The translations under genes and the position numbers were made by a program. A stretch of DNA of 17,088 nt from Candidatus Hadarchaeales archaeon (GTDB lineage: Archaea > Hadarchaeota > Hadarchaeia > Hadarchaeales > Hadarchaeaceae). Shown here piece after piece: positions 8,271 through 14,400 of the stretch. The notes beneath the pieces are model-generated. The model worked only from the letters and a program-made list of their open reading frames with translations. It was not told the DNA's origin and ran no database searches. Positions within the stretch are counted from its first letter, which is position 1, and the number at the start of each line of letters is the position of its first letter. The stretch spans positions 1 through 17,088 of the forward strand of contig JAWCKV010000020.1 of the NCBI GenBank assembly GCA_038851565.1, given 5' to 3'.

Positions 8271-9398
8271 CTGGGCGAAAGGGCTCTTAACTGGATACTG
8301 AGGACAGTGGGACTCGTTCTGACAATAGTGCCGATAGTAGCGGCATTCGCGGTCAGCGGATGGAACCTGCAGGCTGCCGTGATGCCTGACACCGAGCAGA
8401 TACAGAACATCATTCCCCAGGGAGGCATGGAGAACGTGATACGCATGGGGGACTTTAGGCTCCTGGAAAATATCGATTCATTTGATCCAACAGCGCACTA
8501 TGTAATATCATGGGAGAACGCAGAGTCCAAGCTGATAACCGACCTCGGACACGTGATCGGATATGTGGACCTAGGCAACAGCGGGGCTCACGCGGGACAT
8601 GCACCAACGTACGCCTTGCTCGGAGAGGCCGGGTGCAAGGGGTGCTCAACCCCTGACGGAGACAACGCAGACCCGTCAAAGGACTGCGTTAACCCAAACG
8701 ACGGCATCGCACCCGTGATCGACCTCAATCCCTCTGCGGGTTCTTTCTCCTCTCCGCTACCCATGACCGTTCCTGGAATAATAGGCAGGGACGACCCGAC
8801 AAACGCGGTAATCGTGAGGAGCAGTTTGGAGCAGATCAGGGAGGCGTTTACTCGCGCCGGGTGGGATTTCTACTATCCGTGTGAAGGCTACGCGAGCAAG
8901 GAGCCCCACACGAACATGGGGGAGGTGGCGGACGCCTTTCTCAACGAGCCGACCACCCAGTATCACGTCAGAATATTTTACGGAGGAAATGATCCAACAT
9001 ACGGAGACTGGTACTACATCGGCGCACACTACGAGGGGCAGAATGCCGTGCCCTCAGCTGGCGCCCCCATCACCGTGAGGAATCCGTTCAGCTTCGCGCT
9101 CACGCTGGATAACTTCACAGCGGACATCTACTGCTCGGCGGACAACTACCACATCGGAGTCGGGAGGCTTGAACAGCGGAAGACCGTGCCCGCGGGAGGC
9201 ACGGACACCGTCAACATACTGATAGGATTCACCTACGACGGATTCAGCCATCTCTTCTCGGAGCACGTGTCCGGCACAACCATCAACACCTCAATGAGAG
9301 TGGTGGGCGAGTTCAGGTTCAAGATATATGAGATTTCGGTCATCGCGAGGATGGAGCAGGAGATGCCGTTTCCTGCCGATATTGGGGTGACAGTATGA
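8271..9398 (+). CDS. Membrane-anchored extracellular protein: N-terminal TM plus LEA-2/WHy-like beta-sandwich interrupted by a ~180-aa insert
   Basis: Track ORF 8307..9398 extends to CTG at 8271 after an AGGTGA RBS. TM segment ILRTVGLVLTIVPIVAAFAV; C-terminal ITVRNPFSFALTLDNFTADIY...IGVG...TVPAGGTDTVNI is LEA-2-like. Confidence 0.75.
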   Translation: MGERALNWILRTVGLVLTIVPIVAAFAVSGWNLQAAVMPDTEQIQNIIPQGGMENVIRMGDFRLLENIDSFDPTAHYVISWENAESKLITDLGHVIGYVDLGNSGAHAGHAPTYALLGEAGCKGCSTPDGDNADPSKDCVNPNDGIAPVIDLNPSAGSFSSPLPMTVPGIIGRDDPTNAVIVRSSLEQIREAFTRAGWDFYYPCEGYASKEPHTNMGEVADAFLNEPTTQYHVRIFYGGNDPTYGDWYYIGAHYEGQNAVPSAGAPITVRNPFSFALTLDNFTADIYCSADNYHIGVGRLEQRKTVPAGGTDTVNILIGFTYDGFSHLFSEHVSGTTINTSMRVVGEFRFKIYEISVIARMEQEMPFPADIGVTV

Positions 9399-10012
9399 GT
9401 TCATCGATCGACTTTCTGAAGAAGATAAACTGGTTCGGGCTAGCGCTCGGCATCATAATGATCGCGTTCGGCGTGCTGGCACCGGCCTGGTGGCGCATCA
9501 CCTTCGGCGGTGAGGCGGTGGCGCTGGAGATATCGCCTTTCAACGTTAACATGTCCGCCCTGGGTACCTCGCTTGCCTCCACTCTGGTCTCCTTCGTCTG
9601 TATTGCGGCCAGGATCTCCGTGCTCATTTCCGGGGTGCTGCTCCTTCTGGGGTCTGTATCCACCGGAAGATGGTGGTCCAGGAAGCTCGTGAATCAGGGG
9701 GCGCTCAAGCTGATGTGGATGGTCATATCGCTCGTTGTGCTGGCGGTTGCCGGGTCTGTGGTTGCGGGATATTTCGTCAATCAGATGGCAGGGGAGTCAG
9801 GAATTCAGCTGAGCGTACCGGTGCTTTCAGGGAGCACCACCGTGGTTGTACAGCAGGGACCGGTCACCATCAGCGCGCCTTTCGTGATGGAGCTCACCGG
9901 CGCTTTCTTCGTTGCGGTCGCTGCGGCGGTCCTTGGAGTTTTAACGAGGTTGTATCAGAGAAGACTCATGCCGGCCGAAAAAACTGTTAAAAAGGGTGCT
10001 CAAGGCGATTGA
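9395..10012 (+). CDS. Hypothetical integral membrane protein (~4 TM)
   Basis: ATGA overlap with the upstream gene; four hydrophobic segments; basic C-terminal tail. Confidence 0.85.
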   Translation: MSSSIDFLKKINWFGLALGIIMIAFGVLAPAWWRITFGGEAVALEISPFNVNMSALGTSLASTLVSFVCIAARISVLISGVLLLLGSVSTGRWWSRKLVNQGALKLMWMVISLVVLAVAGSVVAGYFVNQMAGESGIQLSVPVLSGSTTVVVQQGPVTISAPFVMELTGAFFVAVAAAVLGVLTRLYQRRLMPAEKTVKKGAQGD

Positions 10013-10033
10013 ACCCGTCTAAGATGAAGCGGG

Positions 10034-10111
10034 TGGTGCGGCCGGCGGGATTTGAACCCGCGTTTCAGGCTTGGAGGGCCTGAGTCTTAGACCAGTCTGG
10101 ACCACGGCCGC
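10034..10111 (-). tRNA. tRNA-Gly(TCC), intronless, CCA encoded
   Basis: Reverse complement GCGGCCG TG GTCCAGACTGGTCTAAGAC T CAGGC CCTCCAA GCCTG AAAC GCGGG TTCAAAT CCCGC CGGCCGC A CCA. Perfect acceptor, anticodon and T stems; discriminator A as in archaeal tRNA-Gly. Confidence 0.95.
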
Positions 10112-10131
10112 ACGTTCATACCTGTGCCTTC

Positions 10132-10142
10132 AAAAAATAAAC
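10132..10142 (-). promoter_or_regulatory. Probable TATA box of tRNA-Gly; the T-run may also terminate the upstream microprotein gene
   Basis: Minus-strand GTTTATTTTTT about 25-30 nt upstream of the mature tRNA 5' end. Confidence 0.5.
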
Positions 10143-10144
10143 CA

Positions 10145-10246
10145 TTATCCTCCCCTGCCAAGCGCTAGAAACAGCTGGACTGCCATGGAAAGGAGGAAAG
10201 CCAGAACCACGAGCAACACTATCAGCTTCTTCACCGTATCGCTCAC
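10145..10246 (-). CDS. 33-aa single-TM microprotein
   Basis: GTG...TAA encodes MSDTVKKLIVLLVVLAFLLSMAVQLFLALGRGG. GGTGT RBS-like motif upstream; fills an otherwise empty gap; not in the ORF track. Confidence 0.65.
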   Translation of the reverse strand: MSDTVKKLIVLLVVLAFLLSMAVQLFLALGRGG

Positions 10247-10271
10247 ACGTACACCGCTATATTTTTCACAA

Positions 10272-10285
10272 TCAAAAATTTAAGT
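10272..10285. promoter_or_regulatory. BRE/TATA element, probably shared by the divergent genes
   Basis: CAAAAATTTAAG about 30 nt upstream of ATG 10313; reads TTAAAT on the minus strand about 33 nt upstream of GTG 10246. Confidence 0.55.
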
Positions 10286-10312
10286 CCGCATGTTCAATAG
10301 CGCACGGTGTAC

Positions 10313-10531
10313 ATGATACCTGAGGGGTACGAGGAATACCGGAGAAGGGAATACTGCAGGGATGTGAAATGTCCGCTGCAGACTGAGCTTGAAACCCACC
10401 CGCCAGGCACATCGGAATACGAAAGCGTGAGGGAGAAGTGCAGGACCGGATGCCTCCACACCACATGGGAGTTCCATCACTGGCTCATCGAGAAGGGATA
10501 CCTGATCGTGAGGCCGGTGGGGCTCCGGTGA
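10313..10531 (+). CDS. Small Cys/His-rich putative metal-binding protein
   Basis: MIPEGYEEYRRREYCRDVKC...CRTGCLHTTWEFHHWLIEKGYLIVRP (C-x4-C ... C-x3-C ... HH). Own TATA box and GGTGT RBS. Confidence 0.75.
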   Translation: MIPEGYEEYRRREYCRDVKCPLQTELETHPPGTSEYESVREKCRTGCLHTTWEFHHWLIEKGYLIVRPVGLR

Positions 10532-10544
10532 AAAATTTATAAAA
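10530..10544 (+). promoter_or_regulatory. BRE + TATA box of the lsrF-like gene
   Basis: GAAAAATTTATAAAA, a consensus archaeal promoter, followed by GGAGGT RBS at 10565-10570. Confidence 0.75.
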
Positions 10545-10576
10545 GACCAGCCGGCTTGAGATATGGAGGTCCGTCC

Positions 10577-11380
10577 GTGGAGTGGGGAATGAAGAACAGG
10601 CTCTCAAGGCTCATACAGCGGGACGGAAGGGCGATGTTCCTTCCAATAGATCACGGCTACTTCCAGGGACCCACGACAAAGCTCGAGGAGCCGGGAAAAA
10701 CCATAGCCCCGCTGATCGATTATGTTGACGCTCTCATGCTCACGAGAGGAGTCCTCAGGAACTGCGTTGACCCGGCGATAAACAAGCCGATCATCCTGAG
10801 GGTCTCAGGCGGCACCAGCATGGCGCGAAGGGACGAGCTTGACCAAGAGGGACTGATAACCTCGGTGAGGGAGGCCATAAGGCTAAACGCCAGCGCGGTT
10901 TCCATGTCCGTGTTCGTGGGGGCTCATGGAGAGCACCAGACTCTCCTCAACCTCGCACGCCTTGTTGACGAGTGCGAGGACTACGGGATCCCGGTCATGG
11001 CCGTGACCGCTGTGGGAGCAGAGCTGGAGAAGAGGGACGCGAGGTACCTTGCGCTTGCCTCGAGGATAGCCGCTGAGATCGGGGCGCGCGTCGTCAAGAC
11101 CTACTACTGCGAGGAGGGATTTGAGAAGGTCGTGAGGGGATGTCCTGTACCTATAGTCATAGCGGGCGGACCCAAGGTGGACTCCGAGCTTGAGGTCTTC
11201 AGCTGGGTTCATGATGCGATACAGAAGGGAGCGATTGGAGTAAATCTCGGGCGGAACATCTGGCAGCACGAACACCCGGTCGCCATGGCTAAGGCGATAA
11301 GGGCGATAATTCACGAGAACGCCACGCCAAGGGAAGCCCAGGATGTATTCCAGTCGGCGGCCGGGAGAGAAAAACGTTGA
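10577..11380 (+). CDS. lsrF: LsrF-family 3-hydroxy-5-phosphonooxypentane-2,4-dione thiolase / DhnA-type class I aldolase
   Basis: WGMKNRLSRL, IDHGYFQGPTT, TRGVLR, LRVSGG, AIRLNASAV, ASRIAAEIGARVVKTYY (Schiff-base Lys), PIVIAGGPK, GRNIWQ. GTG at 10577 follows a GGAGGT RBS. Confidence 0.88.
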   Translation: MEWGMKNRLSRLIQRDGRAMFLPIDHGYFQGPTTKLEEPGKTIAPLIDYVDALMLTRGVLRNCVDPAINKPIILRVSGGTSMARRDELDQEGLITSVREAIRLNASAVSMSVFVGAHGEHQTLLNLARLVDECEDYGIPVMAVTAVGAELEKRDARYLALASRIAAEIGARVVKTYYCEEGFEKVVRGCPVPIVIAGGPKVDSELEVFSWVHDAIQKGAIGVNLGRNIWQHEHPVAMAKAIRAIIHENATPREAQDVFQSAAGREKR

Positions 11381-11439
11381 GTTCGGCAGTTCGTGACTAC
11401 TCTACAGAGGGGCCGTCAATATATCCTTTCAACAAACTT

Positions 11440-14400
11440 GTGAGGCCCGTCCTTTCGATGGCAATAGTTGCCATGGTGCTTGCGGCATGTGTGCCCCTCA
11501 CCGGAGCGCGTGAGTTTTCAAATCCATCTACATCACCAGAGCCAGCGGCGACCGCAGGCATCGGCGGCATCGCCTCCGCGCCACCTGCCGGGCGCGTCCC
11601 GATAATCCTCCAGCAGACGGCCCTGCCAATAAAGAACATAGAATTCTCGCTTGATCTGGACAACATCGTGAAAACCATAAAAAAGAGTCCAAAGTCCGAC
11701 TCCAAGGGCGCGCAGTACGACTTCGGTCTGGACTTCAAGTATCATGAATACGACAACGGCTGGTTCGACATAGCGATAGGACTTTCCGGATCGGCTGGAA
11801 CGCCTGAGTCCGAGGACAACGAGGGAGGGAAGGAAGGGGGCGAAGGAGGCGGCCCGAGAAAGACTGGCGGCAGCGGCGGCCTGAGCGGCGAGGTCAGCGC
11901 CGGTGTTGAGGGACAGGTGACGCTTTTCCTCGTTTTCGATGATAGCGGAAAACTCGTCAGCTACAGCGTTTCGGGAAGCATTCAGGTAAAGATCGAAATA
12001 GAGGTGTTCACCTACAAGTATTTCATAGCATTTTCAGTCGGACCTGTGCCGGTCTGGATAGAGATCAACGTTTCGGGAAAAGTCGGACTCAGCATGAGCG
12101 CGAGCGGAACAATTCTGGGGGAGCCCAGGGAGAGGGCAAACCTCTCGGTCAAGCTCTACTTGGGGGTGGAGCTCGAGGCGCTTCTGTACTCGGCCGTTGG
12201 CGGGTCGGGAGGGATTGAGCCTTTCGTTGAGGCGAAGTACTTCGTGGACGAGGGCATCTGGGTTATCTTTGGCGGGGTCACCCTCTCGCTGGATGCCAAA
12301 TTCAAGATAGACGGCTGGATGACATACACCCTGTGGTCAAACGAATGGGAGTTCTCGACACCGATCATGGCGTTCCAGAGGGATGCAAAGATGTCCGGAG
12401 ACGCAGGAGATGAGATGGGCCAGGCAAGGGATGTGACCTGGACTGATACCTACATAGGGTACCTTGGCAGAGATAGCTTCACCAAGTTTGACGACACCGA
12501 CTGGTACAAGGTCGCACTGAACCGCGGGGGGACACTCAAGGCGAGCCTGATGGTCGGGTCCGAGCACTCCGATGAAGCTGGATTTGACCTAACACTCTAC
12601 GACGGTGACGGAAACCCGATCGCCGTGAGGAAAACCGGGGAAAACGTGGTGCCGATAGAGTACATGGCAACCTCCTCCGGGTATGTGTATCTCGAGGTGA
12701 AGCTTAACTCCGGCACCTGGAGCTGGGGAACCTATGTCCTGCAGCTGAGCGTGGAAGAGCACCAGGACGACATCGGGAGCGGCGGCGACGCTGCCAACAG
12801 GATTGAAGAATCCCTTGACATGACCCCGGTGCTTCTTCCCTACCCCATACCTGAAAACGGGATCCTGTCCAACGACGAATTTTTCGGGACGGACAACTGC
12901 TACCTGGGCGGGCGGGACAACGCTGACTTTTATAAAATACCGCAGCTGAGCACCGGGCACTCCATCAAAGTGAGGGTAAAGCCACCGAGCGGCGCCAACT
13001 TCGACGTTTATGTTTATGACCAGTCCAAGAGGGTCGTCGCGGCAGCCACCGTCCCGGACGACAGCGAGGAAACCCTGAGCGTGAGGGCAAACACGACCGG
13101 AGCGTACTACGTGGAGGTCAGGAGGGTGAGCAATGTCGGGGACTACTCCCTTGAGATAGAGAAGAAACAGCGCGATGTCCAGGATGGCGATGCTCCAAAC
13201 GTCAGGGATCAATCGCGGGCAATAAACGCCGGACAGTACACCAACTGCTATCTTGACGATCTGGACAGGGACGACTTTTACGTCTTCTCCGCGAACGCGG
13301 GACAGATCATCGAGGTGAAGCTCACAGCGCCGCAGGACGCGAGGTTCTGGGCAGACCTGATCGACAGTAACGGCTCAATAATCGAATCCACAAGGAACAC
13401 CATGATGGTATGCGCCACTTACAGCGGAAATCACTACTTGAGGGTGTGGAGGGAAAGCGGCAGAGGGATGTACAACTTTGAAATCAACATCTATTCTCAC
13501 GACGACGGAGGGACCGGACGCGACGCCGGTTCTTCGACATCAACCGCAGCGGGGCCGTCACCAAACACGTACACATACACCGGGGGAACCACTCTGGGGA
13601 AGGAGTTCACTGGGTGGATCGGCAAAGGAGACGAATCTGACATCTACAAGATCTCCCTCGAGGGCAACAAGACGCTCTCGGTCAGACTAAACGCACAGGA
13701 CGTCAATGTCGGCATGAGGATAACCAACTTCACCGGCACCATCATCTCGGATGACAACATCGGACTTAACAGATATTTCTGCGGCAAGGCCGAGAACTAC
13801 TCGGGAAGCAGGTACGTATACATAGAGCTTAGCAGGGTGGAGGGAGGAGGCTATTACTCTGTTGCCTTCTCAATCGCTGCCGAGAACGACGCAGGGAGCG
13901 GGCGCGATGCCGGGTGGTTCCAGGGAGAGGAGGTGACCTTGGCGACCGGTGAGAACTACAGGGGCTACCTCGACTTCTGCGACACGGACGACCTCTACAG
14001 GGTCTGGCTCGGCATGAATGACCAGCTTACCGTGAGGATGACTCCCAACAACTCCGGCTCCAATTTTGACCTTTACTTCTACGACTCAACCGCAGTGTAC
14101 CGGAAGGAAAACGCGGTGCCGTGCATGAGTTCGACCAACAGCGGGACTAACCAGGACAACATAACCTACCTTGCATACCACGCTGGGTGGTACTACATCC
14201 GCATCAAGAGGGCTGCGGGGCTTGGAACATATGACCTGAGGCTCTCGGCATTCAGCGTCCCCTGGCCAAAGGAGATGCACGATGTCAGAAACACCGGACT
14301 GGGTGCTTACCCGGGACCGGAGAATACGACCGTGGGCTGGAAGTTCAAAATTACCCAGGGCGCCAATCCAAACTTATCAGACCCCCAGGACCCCCCACCC

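Noticed and set aside
10005..10062. TTGAACCCG just beyond the tRNA 3' end echoes the T-arm sequence; considered as an att-site remnant
   Set aside because: Only 9 nt match, it overlaps the stop codon of 9395..10012, and no integrase or longer tRNA 3' duplication is in the window.
10071..10480. Track ORFs 10071..10283 (+), 10272..10466 (-) and 10280..10480 (-)
   Set aside because: They overlap the tRNA, the microprotein or the Cys/His protein, each of which has better promoter and RBS support.
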